A stretch of 64,000 nucleotides of DNA from Microcoleus sp. (GTDB taxonomy: Bacteria > Cyanobacteriota > Cyanobacteriia > Cyanobacteriales > Microcoleaceae): assembly GCA_042408215.1 (NCBI GenBank), contig JAYFMW010000013.1, positions 1-64,000 of the forward strand. The letters run 5' to 3'. Positions within the stretch are counted from its first letter, which is position 1. Each line of letters opens with the position of its first letter. The notes under the pieces are model-generated. The model had not been told where the DNA came from and ran no database searches. It was given only the letters and a program-made list of their open reading frames with translations. Made by a program: the position numbers and the translations under genes. Positions 19,060 through 30,287 of the stretch are shown here, piece by piece.

Positions 19060-19389
19060 ATGCCAGTTGTAGCAGTTAAAACTTACATAGAGTATCGGAA
19101 TGATGCCTATTGGGTTAAAGGAACTCGGATTTCTCTTGACTCGATCGCCTATGCTTTCCAACAAGGATTATCGCCCGAAAGTATTGTTCAGTCTTTCCCA
19201 CTACTGACACTGGAACAGGTTTATGGCGCGATCGCCTTTTATCTAGCCAACCGCGCTGAAATCGACGCTTACCTAGCCGCCGAAGCAGCTGCATTTGATG
19301 CCATGCCTCAACCTCTACAAACCAGCGATCCAGCTTTGTACAACAAACTGATGGCAGCTAAAGCAGCAAGACAGCAGGTGCGATCGTGA
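19060..19389 (+). CDS. DUF433 antitoxin
   Basis: GTRISLDSI...SPESIVQSFPLLTLEQVYGAIAFY. Confidence 0.88.
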   Translation: MPVVAVKTYIEYRNDAYWVKGTRISLDSIAYAFQQGLSPESIVQSFPLLTLEQVYGAIAFYLANRAEIDAYLAAEAAAFDAMPQPLQTSDPALYNKLMAAKAARQQVRS

Positions 19390-19460
19390 ATGTGCGCTAC
19401 CAAGCTGATGCTGACTTGAATCAGGCAATCGTCACAGGATTACTGCGACGAGAACCTAAC
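19386..19460 (+). pseudogene. DUF5615 toxin truncated by a MITE
   Basis: RYQADADLNQAIVTGLLRREP, then MITE; remainder absent. Confidence 0.75.
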
Positions 19461-19568
19461 TATAGCGGTTCTCAAAAAAGTGAGGTATGCCCACGGAACC
19501 CTATGCCCTATGCCCCATGCCCCATGCCCTATGCCCAGTCGTACCTCATCTTTCTGAGAAAGGCTATA
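19461..19568. mobile_element. TA-ended MITE carrying a CCCTATG/CCCCATG STRR
   Basis: TATAGCGGTTCTCAAAAAAGTGAGGTA / TACCTCATCTTTCTGAGAAAGGCTATA TIRs. Confidence 0.8.
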
Positions 19569-19573
19569 TAAAA

Positions 19574-22447
19574 TTAATTCGACTGAATCTGCGAATTCAA
19601 AACCTTAGAAATGCGATCGCGCGTTTCCTCCAAATGAGCCAGCGTATAAGCATCCGCACTCCGATCCAAATTCCGAATACTCTTGCTCAAACCCTCCCGC
19701 AACTGCCGCAACTCGTACCAAGCCAAACTCCGCGCATCTTCAGGAACACTCGTTTTTCGCAGCACCATACCGATCAAAATTGCCAAATGTTCCCGCTGCA
19801 ACGATCGCCTAAAAGTCGAAATCTCCATCTTTTTATTTGTCGGTTGTAAAACCTCTTGCCAAACATTTTTTTGCACAGTATCCAACACTTCCGGCAACCT
19901 TAAAGCTGTTTCCGGCGAAGATTTTAACTCGGCATCCCGCAGCCTCGCCAAACGCTCAGGAGAGAGCAAAACCCGCAATACAAACCGCTGCAAAAAAGTA
20001 ATCCGATCGCCGATCGGATAATCTAAAGGAAATATCAAAGCTGAACTTCCCCAGTGCTCCCAGCGCTCAGGCGCCAATTTATTCAGCAACTGGGGCGCAA
20101 AACTAAACGCATCCGGCGCAAAAACGTACTTATCCAGGGTTGCTAAAGCCGATCGCTGCTGACTAAGTGCGATCGGGACAAACGGCAATTTCCCCTGCGG
20201 ATCGCCAGGGCGAATCCGGCTAAACGACTGTCCCCCCACATACAAAGTAGCATTCATCACCTGCTGAAAATAATACCAGAACACCGAATCAAACATCACC
20301 CGAAGTTCATTGTAACCATCTTCCCCAACCGGAATTCGGCTTTCCAAACGCTTCCACATCGCCCTAGAATTATCCAATTGTGATTGCGAATAGCGGAGCA
20401 TATTGGCACTAAGATCGAAGATATTCGCAGCGGGATCGAGACTCGCAAAAGTATCCTCATCCGGCGCGTAAGCTAATTGCGGTTCCGCAGCGCGGCTGGC
20501 AATTTGCTGTAGCATTGGCAATTCGCTACTAGGATTGACAGCACCAAGCACCTTGTAACCATACTCGATCGCCCAATCATCATAAGGCCCCACAATCATT
20601 GGATAATAATCGCCCTGTACAGTTCCCGGCGCAGCCAAATTAATCGGCACATAATCCATCACCGACGCCACCAAACCTTGGGTGCGAGTTAACTGAGTAT
20701 TGTTCAAATCCTCCGGTTGCAGCATCGTACTACCGTGAAAATTGTGTCTCAAACCCAAAGTATGACCGACTTCATGAGCCGTCAAAAATCGGATATATTG
20801 ATTCACAAAATTTTCAATTTCCGAACTATTAGGTGTCGCTCCTAACAGAGACATCGACATTGCGCCCATCGCAAATTGTTGGCTCGATTCCAACCCAAAG
20901 CACAGATCCGAATCCGACATCAACCGCGACACAGGCGAGCGCTTTTGCTGTTGGTATCTTTCCACCAAAGTCGGCAAATCATCAGCAATTACACCAGGAG
21001 AATTTTCCTTTTTTCCAGTTTCTGAATTCCCATTTTCCAGCAATTTCAAATAGCGAGAATACATCCCGAACTGACAAGGATTGGTGTTAGAGCCATTTCG
21101 CCCTTGAAAACTCCTAGCAACCGATCGATTTTGTTCCACCAAAGACCGATAGCCCTGTTTGATTTGCCGGACAATATTAGCATCCAAGAGAACATCTGCA
21201 TCCAAAATTTCCCCAGTCAGCGGGTTAGTGCGAGATGGGCCGATACCGGCAAACTGAGGCTCAAAAGAACTCGACCAGCGAATAGTATTGTAGCGCACAT
21301 CAGCCGGGTCCCATTTCGCATTATCCGGCATTTGTTTAACCTGAATTGCCTCAGTAAATCCCGCCTTTTCAAAGGCTTTGTTCCACATCAAAATGCCTTC
21401 ACGAATGGCATTTCGGTATTCCAGAGGCACATTGTTTTCAATCCAAAAGACGATGGGCTGCACTGGCGGCGAAAGCGGGGCCGTGGGGATTTGTTTTTGC
21501 AAATGCCAGCGATTGATATAGCGGACAAAAGGCTCCCGTCTGCTCTTGTCAGAAAAGTCCTTATATGCTGTCAGGAAATAGCCCACTCGCTCGTCCGCCA
21601 ATCTGGGGCGATAGCCGTTATTCAGCGGCACTTCCGAGAAACTGTAGTGAATGCGAAGATTAAAAGCCCGACTGTCAGGAACCGAGGGTAAATAGTTGAC
21701 TGAACTGTCATTTTCGCTTGAAAAACCGTAGACAGAAGCAATCTCCACATTCAGCGGAAAGGCTTTAACTTCTTGAAAATAAGACTTGTCAGCATCTATC
21801 GAGTAAGGCGCACCCAAAATCATCGGCAAAAACGATTTTAATCCTGGCAAATCTCGCTGTTCGCTCATCAGCAAATCACCCAAATCTATCAGCAGAGTTT
21901 GCCTTTGTGGATGAATACTTTTGAGCGGCAAAGAATACAGAACCGATTCACTAAATCCCCGTTCTACCGAACCTGCTTGCGGGTCGCCCGGACTTGTGCG
22001 AAAATTTATATTAGGAATCACAAACTGTACGTTATTTTGGACGCGCCGCAGTTGAAATAAGAAATCTCCGAATGGCATTCCGCTCAAAAATCCTGCTTCT
22101 CCTAAACCTGAAGCCAAAGTCACAAAACACAGGAACTTTTTGGTAAGTTGTTGCGGTTGAATTTCCAGATAAACTTTATCTGTTGCTTTATTATGGTAAA
22201 GGGTGAACATCCCCTCCAACTTTTGCGCGTCTTTGACAACCTCATCGAAGGGTTGCAGAGCTTGCTGTTCTCCTCTTTGTTCCTTCCCCGGCGGCGGAGC
22301 TGATAAAGCATAGGGTAAAAATAAACCTTGATACAAACTGAACAGAAAAAATGCTAGAGATAATATAAAAAATACCAAAGGCAGATGTTTTTTGGGATTT
22401 TTTATCTGTGGATTTTTGCTAGTTTCAGGAAAGATCAATTTTTTCAT
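19574..22447 (-). CDS. Exported zinc-dependent metalloprotease (Met-zincin, DUF5117/DUF5118 type)
   Basis: HEVGHTLGLRHN and SVMDY Met-turn; N-terminal hydrophobic segment. Confidence 0.9.
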   Translation of the reverse strand: MKKLIFPETSKNPQIKNPKKHLPLVFFILSLAFFLFSLYQGLFLPYALSAPPPGKEQRGEQQALQPFDEVVKDAQKLEGMFTLYHNKATDKVYLEIQPQQLTKKFLCFVTLASGLGEAGFLSGMPFGDFLFQLRRVQNNVQFVIPNINFRTSPGDPQAGSVERGFSESVLYSLPLKSIHPQRQTLLIDLGDLLMSEQRDLPGLKSFLPMILGAPYSIDADKSYFQEVKAFPLNVEIASVYGFSSENDSSVNYLPSVPDSRAFNLRIHYSFSEVPLNNGYRPRLADERVGYFLTAYKDFSDKSRREPFVRYINRWHLQKQIPTAPLSPPVQPIVFWIENNVPLEYRNAIREGILMWNKAFEKAGFTEAIQVKQMPDNAKWDPADVRYNTIRWSSSFEPQFAGIGPSRTNPLTGEILDADVLLDANIVRQIKQGYRSLVEQNRSVARSFQGRNGSNTNPCQFGMYSRYLKLLENGNSETGKKENSPGVIADDLPTLVERYQQQKRSPVSRLMSDSDLCFGLESSQQFAMGAMSMSLLGATPNSSEIENFVNQYIRFLTAHEVGHTLGLRHNFHGSTMLQPEDLNNTQLTRTQGLVASVMDYVPINLAAPGTVQGDYYPMIVGPYDDWAIEYGYKVLGAVNPSSELPMLQQIASRAAEPQLAYAPDEDTFASLDPAANIFDLSANMLRYSQSQLDNSRAMWKRLESRIPVGEDGYNELRVMFDSVFWYYFQQVMNATLYVGGQSFSRIRPGDPQGKLPFVPIALSQQRSALATLDKYVFAPDAFSFAPQLLNKLAPERWEHWGSSALIFPLDYPIGDRITFLQRFVLRVLLSPERLARLRDAELKSSPETALRLPEVLDTVQKNVWQEVLQPTNKKMEISTFRRSLQREHLAILIGMVLRKTSVPEDARSLAWYELRQLREGLSKSIRNLDRSADAYTLAHLEETRDRISKVLNSQIQSN

Positions 22448-22476
22448 GTTTAGTCTCCAGCCACGGGAAGGAAGAA

Positions 22477-22872
22477 GTTATTAGTTATTAGTTGTTAGTG
22501 ATGGGTGATGGGGAATTGGTGATGGGTGATGGGTGATGGGTGATACCAATTTTTTATGAGGCTGCATAGAATCTGATCCCCCCTAACCCCCCTTAATAAG
22601 GGGGGAACAAGATTCCGATCAAAGTCAACCCCTACTCACACCCTACTCCCTTCTTAAGGGGGATGCGAGGGGGATCGAGATATGTGCAACTTCACCTTAA
22701 ATTGGTATGATGGGTGATTGGTCATGGGTGATTGGTGATGGGTTATTAGTACCAATTACCCATTCCCAATTACCCATTCCCAATGCCCAATTCCCAATGC
22801 CCAATTCCCAATGCCCAATTCCCAATGCCCAATTCCCAATGCCCAATTCCCAATTACCAATTACCCATTACT
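22477..22872. repeat. Opposed STRR tracts (GGGTGAT vs CCCAATT/CCCAATG) with MITE 22544..22707 inside
   Basis: Direct reading. Confidence 0.85.
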
Positions 22873-22919
22873 ATTTGTAACTTATGTAACTAAAAATCGC
22901 CATAACTCATTACGATCAA

Positions 22920-25900
22920 CTATTTCTTGGCTGGCCAGGGAATCATCGGATCTTCAGCTAACCGCTTAGAAACTGCGATCGCCCCGTAGCGGTTGAGGTG
23001 GCTGGGGTCGGAAAAAGATGCTCGCGCCTCCGGCCACAATAAACTATGATCTCGGAAAATTAAGTCGGTTTGAGCTGCCATTTGTTGCATATGTTGCCGG
23101 AATTCCTGTTCGTAAGCTGTCCGCACTGGGTCTAAATAATCGACCGTTAGAGGCATATTCACAAACACGAGATTGATGTTGCGAACCCTAGTAAATTCGA
23201 GGAGATTTTTGAGAGCTACAGTTTGTTCCCCGATCAATTTAAAGTCTTGATAGTCGGAATCGTAATAACCAGATACTTTCGCGTGCTGATTGAAGTAACT
23301 ATCGGGATTGAAACGCACGTCTACTGGCAAAAAGCCATTCGGTTGAAACTGACCGAGTTCTTTCGATCCCTGAGTAGTTGGCTGGGCGTTTTCGGTTGTT
23401 TGTTTGCTGTCAGCATTGATTTGAGGGCGATCGGTTTCTACTGCTGCTGATGGATTCGCTAGCGATCGCAAAAACCCCTTGAGCCGATCGCGATTTCTGT
23501 AAGTTGCAGAATTCTCCACCAACTTTTCACTCAAAAAATTCTGCACATTTGCTTGACTTTGCTGGAAACTTTGTGCTATTGCAGTTGCAGCCGCCACCGG
23601 ATTATTTGTCGCCGGATTCGATACCTCGCCCTCTAATTGATTGGTGCGGATCAGAAAACTACCACGGGCTAATTGCCTGTAACCTTCGGAAGAAGCGATC
23701 GCACTAAAAGTGAGATCCGGCCGCCCACTATTGAGAGCCCTAGCCCCGTCAGCGAGGACGAGCAATCTGGGCATTTGTTGCGGTGGCAAAATCCGGCGGA
23801 CGAGCGAATCTACAACTTGCAGCGTCGCCCCGTTGACCCCAAAATTGTATGCTTTCAGCCCTGGATAGCCCTGAACAGCCAAAGCCGTTTCCAGAGCCGC
23901 CGGGTCAATTCCCCGCAGCGCCCTCGAACTACCCACAATTAAGATATCCGGCGGTTTTTTGTACTTGCCAATGTACTCTTGATAGCGCGCTATCTGCTCA
24001 TCAAGCTGCTCGCTCCTCAAAGTCGGGTAAACAGGTGTAGCAGAAACCTCGGTTAGAGGAACGCTAGTATTTCCAGGCTTAGTAAATCCAGAGCCATTAA
24101 AAGCCTCTTCCCGATTTGCCAACGGCGACGGTTGTAAAGGAATTCGAGGCAAATTCACCTCCTGAGACGGAGCAACGGCTCCCAGAGATTCGGAGTTCGA
24201 CAGTTGGGCGCTCACATCGCCCTGAGCCTTCGCATCCTCAGCGATTAGTGGCATCAGGACGGGGGAGGGATTTTGGTTTGACTGGCTGCTGTCGGTGGTC
24301 GGAGCGCTAGCAGTTTGACTGACAGTACCAGACTCTAGGAGTAAACCCAGCAGCCAATCGGTATTGAAAGTTAGCAGACAGCCCGCGATCGCCCAAATCA
24401 AGGCAATTCTCGCCGCGCGATCGGCTCTGGCACCCCCAGCCCCCGCCACAGAAGTTAACAAACCGTCGTTAGGTACAAACATACCCGTGGCCACAAGCGA
24501 TTGCACCACAGCAAGAACCAATTCCTCGCCCAGCTTGTAGCCCGGGAGCCGGATTTTGAAGCCTCGTCGCCAGTCCTCGGCGAGGACATCAGGATTCAAC
24601 AGCAAGTTTTCGGCCAAACCCACAAAATTTACATCCTCCGGCGACGGCGCAAACTCCGGCACCGGTTCTGTTTCAAAGACAGCCCGGTTCGAGTCAACCG
24701 GGGTCGCCACCAGGGCTGATTCCTCACCAACCGCCGTTCCCAGATCCAGCCCGTAGCGCCACAGGGGCCTCTTTGACAGTTTTTTATCAAAGAGACCCTG
24801 ACCGGCGCGACGGCCGTAGACCCGCACCCCAGCCACTCCCGCAATTTGTAGCTGTCGCAAGAATTTAGCCACCGGCGGCCCCACCTTCGACTGAGAAGGG
24901 CAAGTCAGAGCTTCTGTCATGACGTGTAAGACGTCGCCTTTGTGCAGCACGACAGCCTGAATCCCCCCTGTTTCCAGCTTGCGGTTGAGATTGGGATTGA
25001 GCAACCTGTTGATTAAAAAAGTCAAGGCCGACCGATCGCCACTTGCCGCTAGCGTTCTGGGGTGTGGTGCTAAGTCTGGGTGGTGGGCGGCCGGCAAGTC
25101 CACCCATTCGATCCAGACCGGCTTCTCCGGCTCAGCTTTGCTGTCGGTGACTGGTTCTACGCCGTAGAGAGTAGCCGCGCGGATGCCTTGGGGCGCGAAG
25201 GAGGCAAGCATTGGGGCGATCGCGTCGGTAGTTTTCTGCTGATTGGGGTATTCTTGCCCTTTCGGCTGTTGCCCTTTTCGGGAAACCTTGCTGCAAAACA
25301 GGTGTAGGGTTGCTTCCTTGAGGGTTGCCCGCACTTCCACCTTTGACGGGGCTAAGTGTTGATTGAGCAATTTGGCGATCGCCTGGACATCTCCCCAGCG
25401 GGCCCATTCCTTCAAAATTTGGTCCGGCGTCGTCAAGTCTACCCGCAGCAGCCAGTCTGGCCTAGCTTCGCCGCTCACTTGGCTACCAATCACCGCATCC
25501 CGGAAATTCTCTAGTTTTAGCTTCCGCAGCCGAAGAGCGATCGGTTCTGCCAACAGGGAGGGATCGGGGCTGTAAGCTGACTCGCACAGCACTAGCAGCC
25601 GTCGCTCCTTGGATTTGACATTGGCCGACTCATGCAGTTGCAGAGTTTCCGGGCTGCTTTTGAGTTCTTGTTCGCGAACGCTAACTTTCACCGCAACTCC
25701 CATCGGGCCGAGGATTTCGCTCAGATAGCTGGCGATCGCATCTGGATAGCCCAGGCGAGCCAAACTTTCAGCGGAAACTGCCAGAGTTGGGCCGCGATCG
25801 TTGTCGTTGTCGCCCAAGAGGGCAGATTTGGCCAATGTCGCCACCCCCCCAGGAAACCTCTGTTGCGGGGCTGTTTCTGGCGAGTTCCAATCCACGGGGG

Positions 25901-26564
25901 GACTGGATGCTGAACTTGCCGAGGTGTCGATCGTGATCGGAGAAGTTTCAAAAACTTCTGGGTATGAAATGCGCTCGGCAATGGGCAGACAGTCGCTGTC
26001 AAATTCGAGTTCTTCGCGCACCTGTGGCGCACTGAACGAAGTTTCTACTGTCTGAGGGGTGTTTTTGAGTTTCTGGTTTTGATGCTGGAATTTGCCGAAA
26101 AAGCCACCTCTTTTAGCTTTTGTCGGCGGTTCGTCAGGGGGAGTCGCCGGCATGGTTCGACTACGCTCACCAACCACCGCCGGGGGCCCGGATGGGGGCT
26201 CTGTCGCAGTGGGCGGGGAAATTTCCGGCTCGCCCTCGTCCGAGATCCTCTTGCTGCTGCAATCGAGCCGCACAGTCCAGTCATTTTGTCGCGCACCGAG
26301 TTTGCGCCCGCACAAAAACAACTGATAAATTTTCGGTCGATCGGGCGGCAGTAGTTTCGTGAAATCAGTCTGTTCTAGGGCCGATGTAAATCTAGCCGTC
26401 ACCAATTCTTGAGACGGACAGTACATTGCTTCGCACAGAATGTGCAGGTGATTTCCCCGCAACCGCACCTGTACCTGAACTTCGGGCAGCCCCAAAGCTT
26501 CCTGCGCCCACTGCGACGCGGGCGATCGATTGTCTGCCAATATACTCCCGTTCGCATTCAACAT
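22920..26564 (-). CDS. Large membrane-anchored protein with C-terminal SGNH-like (DUF1574-type) domain
   Basis: ILIVGSSR, YNFGVNG and DPSHLN motifs; one TM segment. Confidence 0.75.
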   Translation of the reverse strand: MLNANGSILADNRSPASQWAQEALGLPEVQVQVRLRGNHLHILCEAMYCPSQELVTARFTSALEQTDFTKLLPPDRPKIYQLFLCGRKLGARQNDWTVRLDCSSKRISDEGEPEISPPTATEPPSGPPAVVGERSRTMPATPPDEPPTKAKRGGFFGKFQHQNQKLKNTPQTVETSFSAPQVREELEFDSDCLPIAERISYPEVFETSPITIDTSASSASSPPVDWNSPETAPQQRFPGGVATLAKSALLGDNDNDRGPTLAVSAESLARLGYPDAIASYLSEILGPMGVAVKVSVREQELKSSPETLQLHESANVKSKERRLLVLCESAYSPDPSLLAEPIALRLRKLKLENFRDAVIGSQVSGEARPDWLLRVDLTTPDQILKEWARWGDVQAIAKLLNQHLAPSKVEVRATLKEATLHLFCSKVSRKGQQPKGQEYPNQQKTTDAIAPMLASFAPQGIRAATLYGVEPVTDSKAEPEKPVWIEWVDLPAAHHPDLAPHPRTLAASGDRSALTFLINRLLNPNLNRKLETGGIQAVVLHKGDVLHVMTEALTCPSQSKVGPPVAKFLRQLQIAGVAGVRVYGRRAGQGLFDKKLSKRPLWRYGLDLGTAVGEESALVATPVDSNRAVFETEPVPEFAPSPEDVNFVGLAENLLLNPDVLAEDWRRGFKIRLPGYKLGEELVLAVVQSLVATGMFVPNDGLLTSVAGAGGARADRAARIALIWAIAGCLLTFNTDWLLGLLLESGTVSQTASAPTTDSSQSNQNPSPVLMPLIAEDAKAQGDVSAQLSNSESLGAVAPSQEVNLPRIPLQPSPLANREEAFNGSGFTKPGNTSVPLTEVSATPVYPTLRSEQLDEQIARYQEYIGKYKKPPDILIVGSSRALRGIDPAALETALAVQGYPGLKAYNFGVNGATLQVVDSLVRRILPPQQMPRLLVLADGARALNSGRPDLTFSAIASSEGYRQLARGSFLIRTNQLEGEVSNPATNNPVAAATAIAQSFQQSQANVQNFLSEKLVENSATYRNRDRLKGFLRSLANPSAAVETDRPQINADSKQTTENAQPTTQGSKELGQFQPNGFLPVDVRFNPDSYFNQHAKVSGYYDSDYQDFKLIGEQTVALKNLLEFTRVRNINLVFVNMPLTVDYLDPVRTAYEQEFRQHMQQMAAQTDLIFRDHSLLWPEARASFSDPSHLNRYGAIAVSKRLAEDPMIPWPAKK

Positions 26565-26709
26565 GGGACTACCGATTTTAGATTTCTGATTTGAGATTTT
26601 AGATTAAAGAATTGAAGAGTCGTCTCAAGGAAGAGGACAGCCAGTTACTATACTTACAGTATTTCGTTAACCTGTAAACTGGGGTAACAGAAAACCCCAG
26701 GAGGGATTT

Positions 26710-26934
26710 ATGCCGTCGGAAAACCAAGATTTGCCAAAAACTCCCACACCTAACAGTCGAAATTTGCCAATTTCCTCAGATATTTTCTTGAGCTTAGCCG
26801 CCTTACCGCTGCTGGGCGGGTTGCTGGTGGCATCATCTGCTGCCGAGTTGGTTAGCTCGATCGGCATTGAAAGCGAGGAAGTGTTTCGGGGTTCCCGTCT
26901 CCCGGTTCTCAAATTTCCCCACTCACAGCATTAG
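26710..26934 (+). CDS. Small hypothetical protein
   Basis: GGAGG RBS; SEEVFRGSRLPVL motif. Confidence 0.65.
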   Translation: MPSENQDLPKTPTPNSRNLPISSDIFLSLAALPLLGGLLVASSAAELVSSIGIESEEVFRGSRLPVLKFPHSQH

Positions 26935-26982
26935 AAAGCAGAAACCTTTACTGCTCCCTAAGTAAAATTAACACTTCAGCCG

Positions 26983-27028
26983 GGAAGTCCCGCGCCAAAT
27001 CCACTTCGGTGAGAGTCGGGTAGTTCGC
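26983..27028 (+). mobile_element. Degenerate IS605-type right-end remnant
   Basis: GGAAGTCCCGC...GAGAGTCGGGTAGTTCGC resembles the end at 12968..13015. Confidence 0.5.
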
Positions 27029-27158
27029 GTTGTCTCATATTTGACTGCAAAAAAAAGTTTTTCACGTTGTCTCATATTTGACCGCAAAAAAAAGTGTTTT
27101 TGGTAAGACTAAACCATACAATTTTCTAGACACCAGCAGCTATTGAGGAACAGGCCCG

Positions 27159-30100
27159 ATGAGTTCAGTCCGACCGTCTTCAGAACAGGCTATTAATCCA
27201 ACATCTATTTCCCATTCTTCTCCCCACTCAAAATCAGACCTGTTTCTGCGCAATCGCCTCAAAATAGTAGAGGACTTGTGGGAATCGGTGCTGCGACAAG
27301 AGTGCGGGCAGGAATTGGTAGACTTGCTTCAGCAAATGCGATCGGTCAATTCCGCCGAGGGACAGGCCACTCACTTTCGGGAATCCAACGTCTTGCAGCT
27401 AATCGAAAAGCTCGACCTCAACGCCGCAATTCGCGCCGCACGGGCTTTTGCACTGTATTTTCAGTTAATCAATATTGTCGAACAGCACTACGAACAGCGA
27501 GACCAACAGTTAGCTTATGCTGGTAGCAGCAGCGCAGGGGGGCGGACGTTTTCTAAGTTACCGGGACACGCAATGGATGCGCCCGATCGCCCGCGACACA
27601 GAGAAGGCCCAGGCCCGTCTGGGACGGCTCCGGGAACGACAAACAGCAGCGAGACGATCGCCCAAGATGCCGGCACTTTTCACCAACTGTTCCCGATGCT
27701 GCTGCGCTTGAACGTACCTAGCCAGCAAATCCAGCGCTTAATCGATCAGTTGGACATCCGCTTAGTATTTACAGCCCACCCCACGGAAATAGTCCGCCAC
27801 ACCATCCGCACCAAACAGCGGCGGATGGCGAAGATTCTCCAACAACTAGATCAAGTAGACGAGAAATTTCCGGTGGTTGAGACAGACTCTCAAAGTCCCT
27901 ACTCGGTGTCTTCCTGGGAAGCTGCGGCCCTCCAAGAGCAACTGATGGAAGAAATTCGCCTGTGGTGGCGCACAGACGAACTGCACCAGTTCAAGCCGAC
28001 TGTGCTTGACGAGGTGGAGTACACTCTGCACTACTTTGATGAAGTGCTATTTGATGCGATTCCCGAACTCTACCACCGCCTCAAGCAAGCACTCCACGCT
28101 TCTTACCCTTATCTGAAACCACCGAGTTACAATTTTTGCAAATTCGGTTCTTGGGTGGGATCGGACAGGGATGGTAATCCTTCAGTGACTCCCAAGGTGA
28201 CTTGGCAAACCGCTTGCTATCAGCGCCATTTGGTGCTATGTAAGTACATCGGCGCGGTGAAGCGCCTCAACGATCTGTTGAGTCTGTCGCTACACTGGAG
28301 CGATGTGCTCCCGGAATTGCTGGAATCTCTCGATCGCGATAAATCAGAATTCCCCGAAGTTTACGATCTGTGGGCGATTCGCTACCGCCAAGAACCTTAC
28401 CGCCTGAAGCTGGCTTACGTACTCCAGCGGCTGGAAAATACGCGCGATCGGAATTGGCGGCTCTACAAAGGAGACGAGTTACAGCGGGAGCGGGAGGCTT
28501 TGTCAGAACATCCCGGAATGTCGGGGCTTTATCGATCGGGCGCTGACTTTTTGGAGGAGTTGCGGTTGATCGAGCGCAATTTAGTCGAAACTGGTTTGAG
28601 TTGTCGAGACTTGGAAAATCTGCTTTGTCAAGTAGAAATTTACGGGTTTAATTTGGCTTACCTAGATCTCCGCCAAGAATCAACAGTACACTCCGATGCT
28701 TTGAGCGAAGTTGCTGAATACTTGCAAATTTTGCCAAAGCCTTACAATCAAATGACGGAATCGGAGCGAGCTCTTTGGCTCGCAACTGAACTGCAAACCC
28801 GTCGCCCTTTAATTCCAGCAGAATTGCCCTTTTCTGAAAAAACTTGCGAGACGATCAATACCTTCCGAGTATTGCGGCAAATGCACCAGGAGTTTGGCCC
28901 GGAAATTTGCGAAACTTACGTGATCAGCATGAGTCACGATGTCAGCGATTTGCTGGCGGTTTTACTATTAGCAAAAGAAGCCGGACTTTACGATCCATCC
29001 ACAGGGATTAGCAGCGTTCAAGTAGTCCCTCTGTTTGAAACAGTGGAAGATTTGAAAAAAGCGCCGTCCGTGATGCAGCAGGTATTTGAACTGCCGCTTT
29101 ATCGCGCTTTACTAGCTGGAGGTTACGCTGCTGCGAAGGCTCAGGAACTGTCCGAGCATTCCCCTTCCGTTTCCTTACAAGAGGTGATGCTGGGCTATTC
29201 TGACAGCAATAAAGATTCTGGTTTCCTCAGCAGCAACTGGGAAATTCAAAAAGCTCAAAAGGCTTTGCAAGTGGTGGCGGAAAAGCACGGTGTGGAATTG
29301 CGAATTTTTCACGGCCGGGGCGGTTCCGTAGGGCGCGGCGGCGGGCCTGCTTACAAGGCAATTTTGGCTCAACCCGGAAAGAGTATTAACGGGCGAATTA
29401 AGATTACCGAACAAGGCGAAGTTTTGGCTTCTAAATATTCTTTGCCGGAGTTGGCGCTTTACAATTTAGAAACTGTGGCGGCAGCGGTAATTCAAGCTAG
29501 TTTGCTGCACACGGGTTTTGATGGCATCGACCCTTGGAATGAGATTATGGAGGAGTTGGCGGCTAAGTCGCGATCGCACTACCGCCACTTAATCTACGAA
29601 CAGCCAGATTTAGTCGATTTCTTCCATCATGTTACCCCGATTCAAGAAATCAGTCAGTTGCAAATTAGTTCTCGCCCAGCCCGCCGCGGCGGCAAGAAAG
29701 ACATCAGCGGTTTGCGGGCAATTCCGTGGGTGTTTAGCTGGACTCAAAGCCGCTTTTTGCTACCTTCTTGGTACGGTGTCGGCACAGCTTTGCAAGAGTT
29801 TTTGCTAGAGGAACCAGAAGAAAACCTGAAACTTTTGCAGTATTTCTACTTGAAATGGCCGTTTTTTAGAATGGTGATTTCTAAGGTGGAAATGACTTTA
29901 TCTAAAGTGGATTTGCAGATTGCAGAACACTACGTCAGAGAGCTATCTCTTCCTGCCGATCGAGTACGTTTTAATGCTTTGTTTGAGCAAATTTCTGCGG
30001 AATATCACCTGATTCGCGGTTTGGTTTTAACTATTGCCGGACACCAACGTTTGTTGGACGGAGATCCGTCATTGCAGCGTTCCGTGCAGTTGCGAAATGC

Positions 30101-30272
30101 GACGATTGTGCCTCTGGGTTTGTTGCAGGTTTCGCTGCTGAAACGCTTGCGGCAGCACGGTGGCGGCGGAGTTCCGGGGGTAATTCACTCGCGTTACAGC
30201 AAGGGCGAATTGTTGCGGGGTGCTCTGCTGACAATTAATGGAATTGCTGCGGGGATGCGGAATACGGGTTGA
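27159..30272 (+). CDS. ppc: Phosphoenolpyruvate carboxylase
   Basis: [44 protein letters not shown]. Confidence 0.98.
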   Translation: MSSVRPSSEQAINPTSISHSSPHSKSDLFLRNRLKIVEDLWESVLRQECGQELVDLLQQMRSVNSAEGQATHFRESNVLQLIEKLDLNAAIRAARAFALYFQLINIVEQHYEQRDQQLAYAGSSSAGGRTFSKLPGHAMDAPDRPRHREGPGPSGTAPGTTNSSETIAQDAGTFHQLFPMLLRLNVPSQQIQRLIDQLDIRLVFTAHPTEIVRHTIRTKQRRMAKILQQLDQVDEKFPVVETDSQSPYSVSSWEAAALQEQLMEEIRLWWRTDELHQFKPTVLDEVEYTLHYFDEVLFDAIPELYHRLKQALHASYPYLKPPSYNFCKFGSWVGSDRDGNPSVTPKVTWQTACYQRHLVLCKYIGAVKRLNDLLSLSLHWSDVLPELLESLDRDKSEFPEVYDLWAIRYRQEPYRLKLAYVLQRLENTRDRNWRLYKGDELQREREALSEHPGMSGLYRSGADFLEELRLIERNLVETGLSCRDLENLLCQVEIYGFNLAYLDLRQESTVHSDALSEVAEYLQILPKPYNQMTESERALWLATELQTRRPLIPAELPFSEKTCETINTFRVLRQMHQEFGPEICETYVISMSHDVSDLLAVLLLAKEAGLYDPSTGISSVQVVPLFETVEDLKKAPSVMQQVFELPLYRALLAGGYAAAKAQELSEHSPSVSLQEVMLGYSDSNKDSGFLSSNWEIQKAQKALQVVAEKHGVELRIFHGRGGSVGRGGGPAYKAILAQPGKSINGRIKITEQGEVLASKYSLPELALYNLETVAAAVIQASLLHTGFDGIDPWNEIMEELAAKSRSHYRHLIYEQPDLVDFFHHVTPIQEISQLQISSRPARRGGKKDISGLRAIPWVFSWTQSRFLLPSWYGVGTALQEFLLEEPEENLKLLQYFYLKWPFFRMVISKVEMTLSKVDLQIAEHYVRELSLPADRVRFNALFEQISAEYHLIRGLVLTIAGHQRLLDGDPSLQRSVQLRNATIVPLGLLQVSLLKRLRQHGGGGVPGVIHSRYSKGELLRGALLTINGIAAGMRNTG

Positions 30273-30287
30273 TCGTTTTGAGTTGAT

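Noticed and set aside
19683..26594. Many antisense ORFs over the protease and DUF1574-type genes
   Set aside because: Shadow frames of long genes with no recognisable motifs
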